A stretch of DNA of 44,436 bases from an uncultured Clostridia bacterium (GTDB lineage: Bacteria; Bacillota; Clostridia; Christensenellales; UBA1242), in the NCBI GenBank assembly GCA_905235485.1, contig CAJOLY010000011.1, forward strand, positions 1-44,436. The letters are read 5' to 3'. The notes beneath the pieces were generated by a model that saw nothing but the letters and a program-made list of their open reading frames with translations, did not search any database and was not told the DNA's origin. Shown here in pieces: positions 1 through 11,620 of the stretch. How positions within the stretch are numbered: the stretch's first letter is position 1; the number at the start of each line of letters is the position of its first letter. The position numbers and the translations under genes were made by a program.

Positions 1-82
1 TCTTATCAATATTTGTTTTGTCTTGTTCACCTATTCAGTTTTTATGGTTCTTTTTACTGCCCATTTTTTTGACAGCCTTGTT

Positions 83-111
83 AGTTTATCACATCATTCT
101 TCCATTGTCAA
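83..111 (-). promoter_or_regulatory. sigma70-like promoter firing leftwards out of the window
   Basis: On the minus strand: TTGACA (106-111), 17-nt spacer, TAAACT (83-88). The downstream gene cannot be assigned because the window ends. Confidence 0.3.
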
Positions 112-181
112 CAACTTTTTACTATCTTTTTTAAAAAAATTTTTTAAATAGTATAATAATAAAAGCAATAATAAAAAAGGC

Positions 182-706
182 TTATTTAAAAAGCCTAAAT
201 GAACGATATTTACACTCACCAAAAAGGCTAACAAGTTGATTGTTTATTTCTAAAAAAGTGTTTGTTGAACTAGTGAGAACAGGTGAAAGTTCAAATGTTT
301 CATCATCATCTTTAATTTTGATTAACAATTTTAATATATCTCCTGTTGTGTTTATTGCAATTTTAAGATTATTACAAAACATATCTATGGGCATAGTTTC
401 ATTTTCTAAAGCAATTGTGCCTCCATCAAGAGTTTGTGATAGATTTTGAGTTTCTGTGGCAATATCATCAGAAATTTGATTTAACACAACAATCACATCT
501 GAATTTGTTGTTCTTGTTTTTAAATCATTAACCAAAACTCTTAAATATTCTATTTTGTTAAAAAGTGAATCTACATCAATTCTATCAATTTCACTCACCT
601 TTGTTTTTAAACTCAAAATATTGCTTTCCTTTGCTTTATATTCCTTTGCCATAACCTCGAAATTTTCAGGACTAAGAGCATAATCATCATAAACTTGCAT
701 TGCCAC
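182..706 (-). CDS. hypothetical protein, helical/coiled-coil-like, no recognisable family
   Basis: A 174-aa ORF, the only long frame here. The antisense ORF at 240-449 is low complexity. Confidence 0.55.
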   Translation of the reverse strand: MAMQVYDDYALSPENFEVMAKEYKAKESNILSLKTKVSEIDRIDVDSLFNKIEYLRVLVNDLKTRTTNSDVIVVLNQISDDIATETQNLSQTLDGGTIALENETMPIDMFCNNLKIAINTTGDILKLLIKIKDDDETFELSPVLTSSTNTFLEINNQLVSLFGECKYRSFRLFK

Positions 707-1079
707 CTCGAGAATATATATTCACAAAAAAAATATTTTGCTACAAATTATTAAATTATATATTTGCTGTTTTAAAAATACATATAATGCTCTTTGCTGT
801 TTTTAATTTTTTTCAATTTATTGATATGTAGAATTTTAAATAAATTAAAAAAATAACAAAAAAACAGCCAAAAAGCTGCAATTTCGTCATTTTTTATAGT
901 TTTAAATCCATATCAAGTTGCTGATTTTTTATTATCATCTTTGTAATTACAAATTCCTAATCAAAATATATACGAACAAATGTTGAGATTTTTCCTTAGT
1001 CAAGATATTCTGATGGATTAAAATAACATTTGATATCTAGCGATAGTATTGAAAACGAAAAAATCTATTCGAGCAACAC

Positions 1080-1673
1080 TTATATTTCTCGCCTATCTTG
1101 AAGTGCTCTTGAAAGTGTAACTTCATCTGCATATTCAATGTCACTGCCCATGGAAATTCCTTGAGCAAGACGAGTAACTTTTATGCCAAGAGGCTTAAGT
1201 AGTCTAGCTATATACATACTTGTGGCTTCACCTTCAACATCACTATTTGTTGCCATAATGATTTCCTTGACATTGCCATTATTCACTCTTTCCAAAAGTT
1301 CTTTTATTCTAATATCATCAGGACCTTTTCCTTGCAAAGGGTTTAAAACTCCATGCAAAACATGATATGTTCCATTATAATTTCTAACCCTTTCCATAAC
1401 AACAACATCTTTTGGCTCTTTAACAACACAAATTGTTTCACTGCTTCTCGATGCACAGATTGAACAAACATCATCTTCGCTCCAATTTCCACAAATTTTG
1501 CAAAATTTTATATTTTGCTTTGCTTGAAGCAAATTGTTTGCAAATTCCTTAACATCATTTTCGTTCATATTTATCACAGCATAGGCATATCTTTCAGCTG
1601 TTTTTTGTCCCACAGCTGGAAGCTTTGTAAAACTGTTTACAAGCCTATCCATACTTTCTATACTATTTTTCAT
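1080..1673 (-). CDS. recR: recombination protein RecR
   Basis: Zinc finger CKICGNWSEDDVCSIC, Toprim-like 'VKEIIMATNSDVEGEATSMY', and the conserved dnaX-ybaB-recR gene order. Confidence 0.95.
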   Translation of the reverse strand: MKNSIESMDRLVNSFTKLPAVGQKTAERYAYAVINMNENDVKEFANNLLQAKQNIKFCKICGNWSEDDVCSICASRSSETICVVKEPKDVVVMERVRNYNGTYHVLHGVLNPLQGKGPDDIRIKELLERVNNGNVKEIIMATNSDVEGEATSMYIARLLKPLGIKVTRLAQGISMGSDIEYADEVTLSRALQDRREI

Positions 1674-1728
1674 TTAAATCCCTTTCCGTGCATTATATTA
1701 AAAATCTTTTAGCATTAAAGAATCCCAA

Positions 1729-2058
1729 TTAAAATCCCATGCCGTTTGGAAGATTTGGCATATTATCTTTTTTTGCCGTTGTTACTTTTTCAACACAACT
1801 ATTTACAGCACTTGTAACAAGGTCAGCAAGCATTTCAGGATCTTCTGGATCAATAACTTCTTTTTTTATATTGATTGACAAAAGCTCATACTTTCCATTC
1901 ATAGAAGCTTCAACCATTCCACCACCAACAGAACTTGTGAATGTTGATTCTTCAATTTCCTTTTCTTTTTGAGCCATTTCCTCTTGCATTTTTTGTGCTT
2001 GTTTTAAAAGGTTTTGCATATTTCCACCACCAAAACCACCTCTAAAATTGTTATACAT
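1729..2058 (-). CDS. ybaB: YbaB/EbfC family nucleoid-associated protein
   Basis: 109 aa; 'NMQNLLKQAQKMQEEM...GGGMV' is typical of YbaB, and the gene sits between dnaX and recR. Confidence 0.9.
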   Translation of the reverse strand: MYNNFRGGFGGGNMQNLLKQAQKMQEEMAQKEKEIEESTFTSSVGGGMVEASMNGKYELLSINIKKEVIDPEDPEMLADLVTSAVNSCVEKVTTAKKDNMPNLPNGMGF

Positions 2059-2115
2059 ATAAATTCTCCTTTTTTAATTTATTTTTTAAATAGTAATTTT
2101 ACGTGTTTTAAAAAA

Positions 2116-3729
2116 CTAGTCTTCAATCTTTAACTTTCCATCAAGTAAATTTGAAAGTTCATTTTCAATTTCCTTTTGCTTGTCAACCAAAATTGTTGCT
2201 TCAAAATTTGTTATGTTATGTTTTGTTAAAAATTCCAAAATAAAATTTCTGTGACTTTCAATCATTTCTTTTGCATCGGAATTTACGCAACAAAACACAA
2301 ATTTACCATTTTGAATATCAACGCCTTTTATATCATTTAATCCGGCAAGAAGTAGCATTTCGCCAGAATTTCTAGTGTAACCAATAAACTCACCAAAAAT
2401 TTGCTTTGCAAAATTTGATTGAATTGGTTGTTCACTTGAACTATTCTTTTCTTGATCTTCAGTAAATGGATTTTTATCACCAATCAATGAATTTTGAACT
2501 GGTGTGTTTGATAAATTGTTTTCAATTTTATGCTCTGATTTTTGTGCATCAATATTATTCTTTAATGAATTATTTTGAAATATTGTTCCGCTTTCAAGTT
2601 TTGCAAGCCTATCTTTAAGAATTTGGAGCTCCAAGTTTTCATCATAAAACAATGACAAAAGCAAAGTTTCTGTGAAAACTTTTTGGTTGCTAGCAAATCG
2701 CACTTGCGTCATTCCGTCACAAAGCTTTTTGAGTATGTCGAGCAAAAATTTTTCATTACAGTCATTCGCTATATTTAGATAATTTTCCTTTATGTTACTT
2801 GGAACATCCAAATCAAAATCTTTTGTAAGTTTAAGTGTGAGCGTATTTCTAAAAAATTCACATAGGTCAGTTACTACAACATTTAAATTTTTGCCATCTT
2901 TGTAAAGATTATCAATAATTCTTAACACCTCACCACCATTTTTTTGTGTGATTGCTTTTGAAATTTGATAAATAATATTATCATCGGCAAGTCCTAAGCA
3001 TTCAATAACTGATGAATAGGTTACATTGTTTTCAGCATACGCTTTGCACATTTCTGCAACGCTTAGTGTGTCTCTCACACTGCCATTGCCAGCTTTTGCA
3101 ATGAGTTTTAACGCATCAGTCTCATACTTTGTTCCAACTTTTTGAAAAATGTTTTCAAGCAAAGTGGCAAGTGCATCAATTGTGACAAGTTTAAAATCAA
3201 AACGCATACACCTAGATAAAATTGTTGCAGGCAGCTTTTCGGGTTCTGTTGTTGCCAATATAAAAATTATATGAGATGGGGGCTCTTCCAAAGTTTTCAG
3301 TAGTGCATTGAAAGCGCTATCTGTGAGCATATGAACCTCATCTATGATGTAAACTTTATATTTGCCAATGGTTGGAAGATATCCAACCTTTTCTCTCAAA
3401 TCTCGTATTTCATCAACTCGATTGTTGCTTGCAGCATCAATTTCAATAATATCCAAATTTCCGTTGCTATCAATTTTTTTGCACACTTCACATTCGCCAC
3501 AAGGTGAACCATTTTTTGGGCTTAAGCAATTCACTGCTTTTGCAAAAATTTTTGCAGAACTTGTTTTTCCTGTTCCTCTTGTGCCACAAAAAAGATAAGC
3601 ATGGCTTACAGAATTTGTTTGAATTTGATGTTTCAATGTTTTAACAATATGGTCCTGTCCCACAACTTCATCAAAGGTTTTTGGCCTAAATTCTCTATAT
3701 AATGCTAAATGTGACATATCCTCTCCCAT
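2116..3729 (-). CDS. dnaX: DNA polymerase III subunit gamma/tau
   Basis: Walker A GTRGTGKTS, 'YIIDEVHML', zinc module CGECEVC and sensor 'SRC'. The true start may be the ATG at 3717, preceded by GGGAGAGG. Confidence 0.95.
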   Translation of the reverse strand: MGEDMSHLALYREFRPKTFDEVVGQDHIVKTLKHQIQTNSVSHAYLFCGTRGTGKTSSAKIFAKAVNCLSPKNGSPCGECEVCKKIDSNGNLDIIEIDAASNNRVDEIRDLREKVGYLPTIGKYKVYIIDEVHMLTDSAFNALLKTLEEPPSHIIFILATTEPEKLPATILSRCMRFDFKLVTIDALATLLENIFQKVGTKYETDALKLIAKAGNGSVRDTLSVAEMCKAYAENNVTYSSVIECLGLADDNIIYQISKAITQKNGGEVLRIIDNLYKDGKNLNVVVTDLCEFFRNTLTLKLTKDFDLDVPSNIKENYLNIANDCNEKFLLDILKKLCDGMTQVRFASNQKVFTETLLLSLFYDENLELQILKDRLAKLESGTIFQNNSLKNNIDAQKSEHKIENNLSNTPVQNSLIGDKNPFTEDQEKNSSSEQPIQSNFAKQIFGEFIGYTRNSGEMLLLAGLNDIKGVDIQNGKFVFCCVNSDAKEMIESHRNFILEFLTKHNITNFEATILVDKQKEIENELSNLLDGKLKIED

Positions 3730-3789
3730 TTATGAATAATTTATATCCTATATTTACAAAATATAATAATTTTTAAAATTATAGCAAAT

Positions 3790-4365
3790 TTAATAATTTG
3801 TGTCATCTAAAAGATGAGTAAGTTTTCCGCGAATTCTGAAAAGTGCATTATCAACACTTTTTTTTGAAACATTATATTCTTTTGCGATGTCAACATATGA
3901 TAGCCCTCCCAAGTACTTTTTGAGAACCTCATATTCAAAATCACTAAGCTTTGTTTTGATTTCCTTATTCATATATTCATACTTTTCTTTTGAAATTGCT
4001 TTTTCTTCTGGATTTTCCTTTTCACTAGGTGGCTCCATATAATCCAGCATTTCATCATCAAAAAGTTCATTAAACACACTACTTTTGATTGTGAATTGTT
4101 TTTTTACAGCAGTTTGCATTCTCCTTTTTATGCACAAGCTTGCAAATGTTTTGAAGCTTGCATTTTTGCTTTCATCATATGTTTGGATTGCTTTGTATAA
4201 TCCAATCATACCTTCTTGAACAAGGTCGTCAATCTCACCACCCACCAAAAAATATTGTCTGGCAATTTTGCTGACAAGTGGTTTATATGAATTTAGCAAA
4301 GTTTCAACTGCAAGTTCACTTTTTTTTGCTGAATTTAATAATTCTTGTTCTTCAATAATATTCAT
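3790..4365 (-). CDS. sigH: sigma-70 family sigma factor, SigH-like
   Basis: Region 2 'DDLVQEGMIGLYKAIQTYD' and region 4 HTH 'LSYVDIAKEYNVSKKSVDNALFRIRGKL'. It follows mrnC-rlmB as in the Bacillus sigH locus. Confidence 0.75.
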   Translation of the reverse strand: MNIIEEQELLNSAKKSELAVETLLNSYKPLVSKIARQYFLVGGEIDDLVQEGMIGLYKAIQTYDESKNASFKTFASLCIKRRMQTAVKKQFTIKSSVFNELFDDEMLDYMEPPSEKENPEEKAISKEKYEYMNKEIKTKLSDFEYEVLKKYLGGLSYVDIAKEYNVSKKSVDNALFRIRGKLTHLLDDTNY

Positions 4366-4455
4366 TTTTTTGTCTTTATGCTTTTTAATAAAATTTAAAT
4401 TTTTTATTCAAATCATTAGATTTTAATATTTTTGTGATTTTTTACTAGTTTATAA

Positions 4456-5178
4456 TTATATTTCTCTCTGTCTAACTGCTTCATATATTGCAAGAGCACC
4501 TGCAACTGATGCATTGAGCGAATTAACCTTGCCTTTCATTGGCAAACTTAAAATTTCGTCGCATAATTTTTTTGCAAGATTACTCATTCCAAAACCTTCG
4601 CTACCCACAACAAGTGCCATTGGCATTGTGAGATCTGTTTGATAAATTGTATTACCATTTGCTTCAAGCCCAAAAACCCACACGCCAAGTTCTTTTAATT
4701 TTCTTATGGCATCATTTAAATTGGTCACACAAGCAATTTTAATATTAAAACATGCTCCAGTGCTAACTTTTATCACTGTGTCATTTACTTGGCATGCTCT
4801 GTTTTTGGGAATGATTATTCCGTGCACACCTGCACATTCTGCTGTTCTTATCAAACTACCCAAATTATGAGGATCTGCAATGCCATCACATAAAAGGATA
4901 AAAGGATTTTGATTTCTCTCCTTTGCAACATACAAAATCTCATCAATACTTGAATATTGATATCCGTTAATAACAGCTATAACACCTTGATGATTTTTGA
5001 CCGTACTTTCCCTGTCAAGTGCTTCTTTTGGCAAAAACTGAAGTTTAATATGCTTTTTATTTGCAAGTCCAATAATTTCGCTAAGTTGATTTTGAGCAGT
5101 TTTTTCAATCAAAATTTTGTCTATTTGCGTGTTTGAACGAAATAACTCAACAACAGCGTTTTTTCCTTCTACCTTCAT
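4456..5178 (-). CDS. rlmB: SpoU/TrmH-family 23S rRNA 2'-O-methyltransferase (RlmB-like)
   Basis: Motifs 'HNLGSLIRTAECAG', 'LVVGSEGFGMS', 'SLNASVAGALAIYE'. Start chosen at ATG 5176-5178: GGAG lies upstream and it forms an ATGA overlap with the mrnC stop. The track start at 5205 is probably too long. Confidence 0.85.
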   Translation of the reverse strand: MKVEGKNAVVELFRSNTQIDKILIEKTAQNQLSEIIGLANKKHIKLQFLPKEALDRESTVKNHQGVIAVINGYQYSSIDEILYVAKERNQNPFILLCDGIADPHNLGSLIRTAECAGVHGIIIPKNRACQVNDTVIKVSTGACFNIKIACVTNLNDAIRKLKELGVWVFGLEANGNTIYQTDLTMPMALVVGSEGFGMSNLAKKLCDEILSLPMKGKVNSLNASVAGALAIYEAVRQREI

Positions 5179-5609
5179 AAATCTTTCTCCATTTGAGCTT
5201 TGCACAATTCAAGAATTTCAAAAAGTCTTTCATTTTGATTAGTCAAATACAAATACCCTAGAAGTGCTTCAAAAGATGTGCTTTTTTTATATTCTTCCAA
5301 ATTACTATTTTTTGCAATATTGTTTGTTTTGGCGTTTCTAGCCGTTAAACAAATTGTATGTTCTTCTTCCGTTAAATTATCTTCCAACATTTCAAGTAAC
5401 TTTTTTTGATAACTTGCCCTAACAAAAGAACTAGCCTTTGTGTGTAAAACCCCCGCCTTTGCTGAACTTATTTCTGCAAGGTGCGTCCTAACAAACAAAC
5501 TAAAAATAGCATCCCCCACAAAAGCAAAAACAAGTGAATTCCTATTTTTACTTTCATTAGGCGACAAAGATTCTTTGTTGCTATCTATATATTTATAAAA
5601 TTTTTCCAA
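5175..5609 (-). CDS. mrnC: Mini-ribonuclease 3
   Basis: 'FAFVGDAIFSLFVRTHL' and 'FEALLGYLYL' RNase III-like signatures, about 140 aa, upstream of rlmB. Confidence 0.85.
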   Translation of the reverse strand: MEKFYKYIDSNKESLSPNESKNRNSLVFAFVGDAIFSLFVRTHLAEISSAKAGVLHTKASSFVRASYQKKLLEMLEDNLTEEEHTICLTARNAKTNNIAKNSNLEEYKKSTSFEALLGYLYLTNQNERLFEILELCKAQMEKDL

Positions 5610-5717
5610 AAAAAATCTCCTATGATAATTATATCACAAGAAATCAATTTTTGAAAGAATATTAAATGATTTATTTTTTAATGCCTAAAAAATAATTGAA
5701 TCAAATGTTTGTTAGCA

Positions 5718-6494
5718 CTAAAACCAGCCGAAAACAAATTGATTAAAGACCAGAATTATTGATAACAAGGCAAGATACACGCCAAACCATGCAAATTTGG
5801 CTTTCTTGATAACTTTAAGCATAAATTTTATGGCAATATAGCCTGAAATTGCACTTGACACAAAACCTGCAAGTAAAACAGCAAAAGAAACATTAAAACT
5901 TGATACTCCCACATCAAAAATTTCAAAAATCAGACTGCCCAATATGGCAGGAATACTCATCAAAAAGCTAAATTCCGCACTTTCATTCCTTCTAACTCCT
6001 TGAACAAGTGCAGATGTGATTGTGCTTCCACTTCTACTCACTCCTGGAAATATTGCTAAGCCTTGAAAAACGCCCATAATTACTGCTCCACCGCGAGTGA
6101 GCGATTTGTATTGATAGTTATTTTTGCAAGAGTAATGAGCTATAAACATAATTATTGCTGTAACAAAAAAACCAACAAACAAAAACTCACCACCAAAAGA
6201 ATTTTTAAAGATATCCTTAAATAGCACAGCAATTACAACCGTTGGAATTGTTGCAAAAACAAGCTTTTGTGCTTTTTCGGAAAATGGATGCTTAATAAGA
6301 TCCCATATGCTTTTGTGATAAATAATAACCACTGCAAGAAGTGTACCTAGATGCAATACAATATCAAAAAGTAAACAATCAACCTCAACTCCAAAGATTT
6401 TTTGAAATAATACCAAATGTCCACTGCTGCTCACTGGCAAAAATTCAGTTAGTCCTTGAATTATTCCTAAAAAAATTGCAATCCAAATTATCAT
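5718..6494 (-). CDS. uppP: undecaprenyl-diphosphate phosphatase (BacA/UppP)
   Basis: 'LTEFLPVSSSGHL' and 'PGVSRSGSTI' motifs, polytopic membrane protein. The ATG at 6492-6494 has GGTGA upstream; the track start at 6515 is a TTG. Confidence 0.9.
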   Translation of the reverse strand: MIIWIAIFLGIIQGLTEFLPVSSSGHLVLFQKIFGVEVDCLLFDIVLHLGTLLAVVIIYHKSIWDLIKHPFSEKAQKLVFATIPTVVIAVLFKDIFKNSFGGEFLFVGFFVTAIIMFIAHYSCKNNYQYKSLTRGGAVIMGVFQGLAIFPGVSRSGSTITSALVQGVRRNESAEFSFLMSIPAILGSLIFEIFDVGVSSFNVSFAVLLAGFVSSAISGYIAIKFMLKVIKKAKFAWFGVYLALLSIILVFNQFVFGWF

Positions 6495-6688
6495 ATTTTC
6501 ACCTACAAAATACAATATGCTGAATTTTGTAGATTTATGGCAAAATTTACTTAAATTGAATTGCTTATTATTTATAGTTAAGTAAAAATAAAGTAATCTG
6601 TAATTTATAAAATGTAATAAAAATAAATTCTTTACTTGAAGTCTAGCAAATAAAAAACAATTATCACTTTTTTGTAATAATTGTTTTT

Positions 6689-7567
6689 TTATAATGTTTT
6701 ATCAAATTCAAAGTCGCTAGTTTTCTGCTTTTCACCAAGCGCAAAAAGCAATTTTTGATTTGTTTCAATCATCTTTTGAATTTTGTTTGCCTTGGTTTGA
6801 TATTCATTCACCAAATTTTTGAATTGTTTTTGACCGTTTTCCAAAATGCTTGACAAAAAGATTTGTTGATTTTGAATTTCATATTGCAAAACTTTATGCA
6901 AAACTTTTTTGTTGACTTTTGTCATTTCTGCGTTTAAGTTTGGATACTGATTTTCAAACTTGACAAGATTCTGTGAAATTTTGCTGTCAGAAAACTTTAT
7001 TGATGGAAAAATTGATTTTTGAATAAGTCCATTTTTTGCTTGTGCAATAAAGTTTTTGTCAACTTCTTGCAAACTTTCAAAAAAGTAACTTTCACTATTT
7101 ATTGGCTTTTCCTTGACGCCCAACATAACAACATTTTTGTTGTCAATCAAAATTTTGAGTTCATCAATGGTATAGCACTTTTTTATATCAATTTTTGAAT
7201 TATCAACAATAACATTATAGACAAGTCCTATTTTTTGCTCAGTCATTGAATTTGTTTGCGGATTAAGGATATATTTTGAATAATAGTAAGGTGAATTTAA
7301 TAATGAATTTATGTATTTTTTGTTTGTAATTTTTGTGAATATGTTTTTTGAAATGATATCAACAACATCCAAATTTTTGCTTGGAGCAATTCCATACATT
7401 TCAAAACCACGAGAATTAAGAATATCGCTTACTTTTTTTGTTCCATAATTTGCCAAAAAGTTGTAAAAAAACTTGGTATCTTGACTTTTTGAAAGGCTAT
7501 TCAAAACCTTCAACAAGCTTAAAATATCATTTTGTTCATATGCAACAATTTGACTATTTTTGCCCAT
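6689..7567 (-). CDS. hypothetical protein
   Basis: A 292-aa Lys/Asn-rich ORF with no motif I can place. Confidence 0.5.
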   Translation of the reverse strand: MGKNSQIVAYEQNDILSLLKVLNSLSKSQDTKFFYNFLANYGTKKVSDILNSRGFEMYGIAPSKNLDVVDIISKNIFTKITNKKYINSLLNSPYYYSKYILNPQTNSMTEQKIGLVYNVIVDNSKIDIKKCYTIDELKILIDNKNVVMLGVKEKPINSESYFFESLQEVDKNFIAQAKNGLIQKSIFPSIKFSDSKISQNLVKFENQYPNLNAEMTKVNKKVLHKVLQYEIQNQQIFLSSILENGQKQFKNLVNEYQTKANKIQKMIETNQKLLFALGEKQKTSDFEFDKTL

Positions 7568-7751
7568 AATTCTCCTTTGCCAACGTCATTATACATTATA
7601 TCGCACCCAATGTCAAGAAGCTATAATATATTTATTATTAAATAAAAGTATATGTGAGTCTATCACCATTTGTGAAATTAAAAAATTATTGTTAATTTAA
7701 CAATTCATTTGATAAGTAAAATTTATATACTTAAATTTTGATATTATACTT

Positions 7752-8246
7752 TTATTTTTTATCTTTTTTATATGGCATCAAGTTTTCACTAAAGCTTTTT
7801 TTATAAACTGGTATTTTAAATCTTTCTAGACATATTTTTATGATATCAACAACCCAAACAATCAGTGCCACACCCATGAATACAGTCATAAACTCAAATG
7901 TGATTTGTACTGCATTTTGAACAAATGTGTTCATAATTGACAAAGTTATGCCTAAAATTAAAACCATTCCAGTTACTACACATTGATAAAATCCTTGCCA
8001 AAATTTTCCAACATAAAAATCGTGAACACCAAAAAGTCCTAAAAATATTGCAAAAAGAAGTAACTTTTTTTTGCTCACATCTGCTGGAATGCTTGTTGTG
8101 TAAAGAATATCATCTTTATAAATTGTTTTTTTTATTTCTTTTGCTTCCTTGTTGCTTGCACCATCAAGTTCAGTCATATCAAACCCACAATATAGGCATT
8201 TCTTTTTATCTTTACTTAATTTTCCATAACATTTTGGACAAAGCAT
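7752..8246 (-). CDS. zinc-ribbon plus TM2-domain membrane protein
   Basis: N-terminal CPKC...CLYCG zinc ribbon, then TM2-like 'FLGLFGVHDFYVGKFWQG' with two further hydrophobic spans. Confidence 0.7.
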   Translation of the reverse strand: MLCPKCYGKLSKDKKKCLYCGFDMTELDGASNKEAKEIKKTIYKDDILYTTSIPADVSKKKLLLFAIFLGLFGVHDFYVGKFWQGFYQCVVTGMVLILGITLSIMNTFVQNAVQITFEFMTVFMGVALIVWVVDIIKICLERFKIPVYKKSFSENLMPYKKDKK

Positions 8247-8337
8247 AAATAAACCTCTTGAATTTATTTTATCACAAATATTTACATTTGTATATATTTT
8301 TTATAATTTATCAAATAAATATGTACCTGTTAAACAA

Positions 8338-8361
8338 AATAAAAAAGTGGCCATGCCACTT
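8338..8361 (-). terminator. rho-independent terminator after gap
   Basis: 7-bp stem aagtggc/gccactt (8345-8361) followed on the minus strand by a T-run. Confidence 0.55.
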
Positions 8362-8376
8362 TAATACTTTCAAAAA

Positions 8377-9423
<1,047 letters not shown>

Positions 9424-9511
9424 TCAAAATAATCCATTTATTGTTTTTTTTGTATTTTTTTATGTTTTTTATTGTTTTTTTTAGAATTTTTAAGAAATAT
9501 TTAAAAATTAT

Positions 9512-10627
9512 TTATTTTAATGCCTCAGGATTTAATCCTTTAAGCTCTTCCAAAACAAAAATTCCATCTTTTCTAATTAAAATATCATCAAACCAAATTT
9601 CCCCACCGCCATATTCTTTTCTTTGGTTTAAAACCATATCCCAATGCACTGCACTTTGATTTCCATTGTATGCATCATTATAGCAACTGCCAGGAGTAAA
9701 ATGAATGCTTCCGCAAATTTTTTCATCAAACAAAATATCAAGCATTGGCTCCATAATATGTGGATTTAGTCCAAGTGAAAACTCTCCAACATATCTTGCT
9801 CCTTCATCAGTATCCAAAATTTTGTTTAAGGATAGGTTCCCGCCATTTGAACAGGTTGCATTGATGATTTTGCCCTCTTTGAATTCCAAACAAACATTGT
9901 CAAAGCGTTTGCCATCATAAAGGGTTGGAATGTTATAGGTGATTTTTCCATTCACACTATCTTTCACTGGTGCAGTGTAAATTTCACCGTCAGGTATATT
10001 CATTTCACCAGCACATTTAATTGCTTTTATTCCCTTTATGCTAAATGTAAGGTCTGTGTTTGGAGCTAGAATGTGAACTTTGTCAGTTTTTTCCATTAGC
10101 TTTTTTAGTGGAGTCATTGCATCATTCATTTTTTGATAGTTCAAATTGCAAACTTTGAAAAAATATTTTTCAAAAGCTTCACTACTCATATTTGCAAGTT
10201 GAGCAAAAGCTCCAGTAGGATATTTTAAAATCACCCATTTTGTTTTTGTAACTCGTATATCGTGATGAATGGGTTTGGAATAATACAGTGAATGTATTTG
10301 CATTTGTTTTTGTGGAACATCACTAGTTTCATAAACATTATCGCCACCTGAAATTCCAATGTAAGCATCCATATCTTCAAAGATTGGTTGCATATATTTT
10401 GTACAAAATTTGCTATGCTCCACGCTTGTCCCAAAAAGTAAAGATCTTTCCAGTGCGCTATCAGTCATATGCAAAAAAGGGTATGCTCCCAAAGCATAAA
10501 CCTCTTTTACAATTGCCTTAACCAAATTTTTTGCACAAGGTGGATATTCAATAAGGACTTTTTCCTTTTTTTGAATTTTACAACTATAATTTACCAAATT
10601 TTTTGCCAAAACAGTATTGTTATCCAT
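9512..10627 (-). CDS. M29-family aminopeptidase (AmpS/PepS/aminopeptidase T-like)
   Basis: 'MNIPDGEIYTAP' and 'GSIHFTPGS' are M29-like. Start set at ATG 10625-10627, with GGAGAG 7 nt upstream. Confidence 0.8.
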   Translation of the reverse strand: MDNNTVLAKNLVNYSCKIQKKEKVLIEYPPCAKNLVKAIVKEVYALGAYPFLHMTDSALERSLLFGTSVEHSKFCTKYMQPIFEDMDAYIGISGGDNVYETSDVPQKQMQIHSLYYSKPIHHDIRVTKTKWVILKYPTGAFAQLANMSSEAFEKYFFKVCNLNYQKMNDAMTPLKKLMEKTDKVHILAPNTDLTFSIKGIKAIKCAGEMNIPDGEIYTAPVKDSVNGKITYNIPTLYDGKRFDNVCLEFKEGKIINATCSNGGNLSLNKILDTDEGARYVGEFSLGLNPHIMEPMLDILFDEKICGSIHFTPGSCYNDAYNGNQSAVHWDMVLNQRKEYGGGEIWFDDILIRKDGIFVLEELKGLNPEALK

Positions 10628-10678
10628 AAATTCTCTCCTCTGGATAATAATTGGCAAAAGTTGATTATTTATTCTTTT

Positions 10679-11509
10679 TTATTTCTTTTGGCTTTTTAAG
10701 TTTGTCATTCTATAAATTACATATCGATATAAATTAAATATTCCAAACAATCCAAACACAACAAGTAAGCCTGTTCCAACAATGAAAAACATACTTCTAT
10801 TTGCTTCTGTAATCAATTTGTTTGTTAATATAATAGCAGTCAAAAGTCCTCCAAAGAGTAAGGTTGAAACAATAAAGCCCCATAGTGAACCAGTTGACTT
10901 TTTTTGCCTACGTTTAACACTTAGTTTTGATTTTGTGTATATCACACTAACTCTAAAATCTACCCAGCAATCAAAGTTTCTAAGATAATAGTTTTTTTCA
11001 GGAAATTGTTTTATGAGTTCAACAACATTGCTTGCAAAGAGTTGAAAACTATTTTCTGCGCCAAATTTTTTGCTAAGACCTGCAAACCCTAAAAACATAT
11101 TGCCAATTTTTCTTCCAATTTCAGCAAAAAAATTACCTATTTTTTGCCAAAAATTAAAACTCTTTTTGTCACGTTTAACAAAAACTATTTGTGCTTTACT
11201 TTCCCATTCAACAAGTAATTTAAGTAAATAATCCTTATATTCAACGTTATTTAAATCTGCAACAATAACACAATTGCCACTTGCTTTTTCAAATCCATCC
11301 AAAACACAATCATCGTGACTTATATTTTTGTCTACTTTTGTATAGATAAACCTAGCATCTGTCATGAGATTTTCTGGCAAATCAATTGAGTGATAATAGA
11401 AAACCTCAAACTCATACTTATCCTTAAAAAATTCAATAAGACCTGTTACAGTCTCACTAATTCTGTTGACATTTTCAAAAACTGGTGAAATTATGCTGAC
11501 TTTTTTCAT
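10679..11509 (-). CDS. glycosyltransferase family 2-like protein with C-terminal TM segments
   Basis: 'VSIISPVFENVNRI' and 'ASGNCVIVADLN' resemble a GT2 N-terminal fold. Two C-terminal hydrophobic helices. ATG 11507-11509 lies after GGAGGTG. Confidence 0.5.
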   Translation of the reverse strand: MKKVSIISPVFENVNRISETVTGLIEFFKDKYEFEVFYYHSIDLPENLMTDARFIYTKVDKNISHDDCVLDGFEKASGNCVIVADLNNVEYKDYLLKLLVEWESKAQIVFVKRDKKSFNFWQKIGNFFAEIGRKIGNMFLGFAGLSKKFGAENSFQLFASNVVELIKQFPEKNYYLRNFDCWVDFRVSVIYTKSKLSVKRRQKKSTGSLWGFIVSTLLFGGLLTAIILTNKLITEANRSMFFIVGTGLLVVFGLFGIFNLYRYVIYRMTNLKSQKK

Positions 11510-11585
11510 TTTCACCTCCGTTACTTTTATTATAAGTTAAAATTAAAAATATTAAAAGCAAATAACAACATTTTTTCAAAATTAT

Positions 11586-11614
11586 TTAACATATTTTGTT
11601 TTTAAGTATATAAT
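11586..11614 (+). promoter_or_regulatory. sigma70-like promoter of fba, probably giving a leaderless mRNA
   Basis: TTAACA (11586-11591), 17 nt, TATAAT (11609-11614). The fba ATG is only 6 nt after the -10 and there is no SD. Confidence 0.45.
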
Positions 11615-11620
11615 TAACAT

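Noticed and set aside
240-449. Short ORFs overlapping well-supported genes on the opposite strand. Examples: 240-449, 1183-1365, 1739-1972, 3362-3598, 8977-9204, 9705-9920, 21838-22140, 27456-27734, 30313-30537, 37780-38142.
   Set aside because: Each lies wholly inside a gene with strong family motifs. AT-rich genomes generate such antisense frames by chance.
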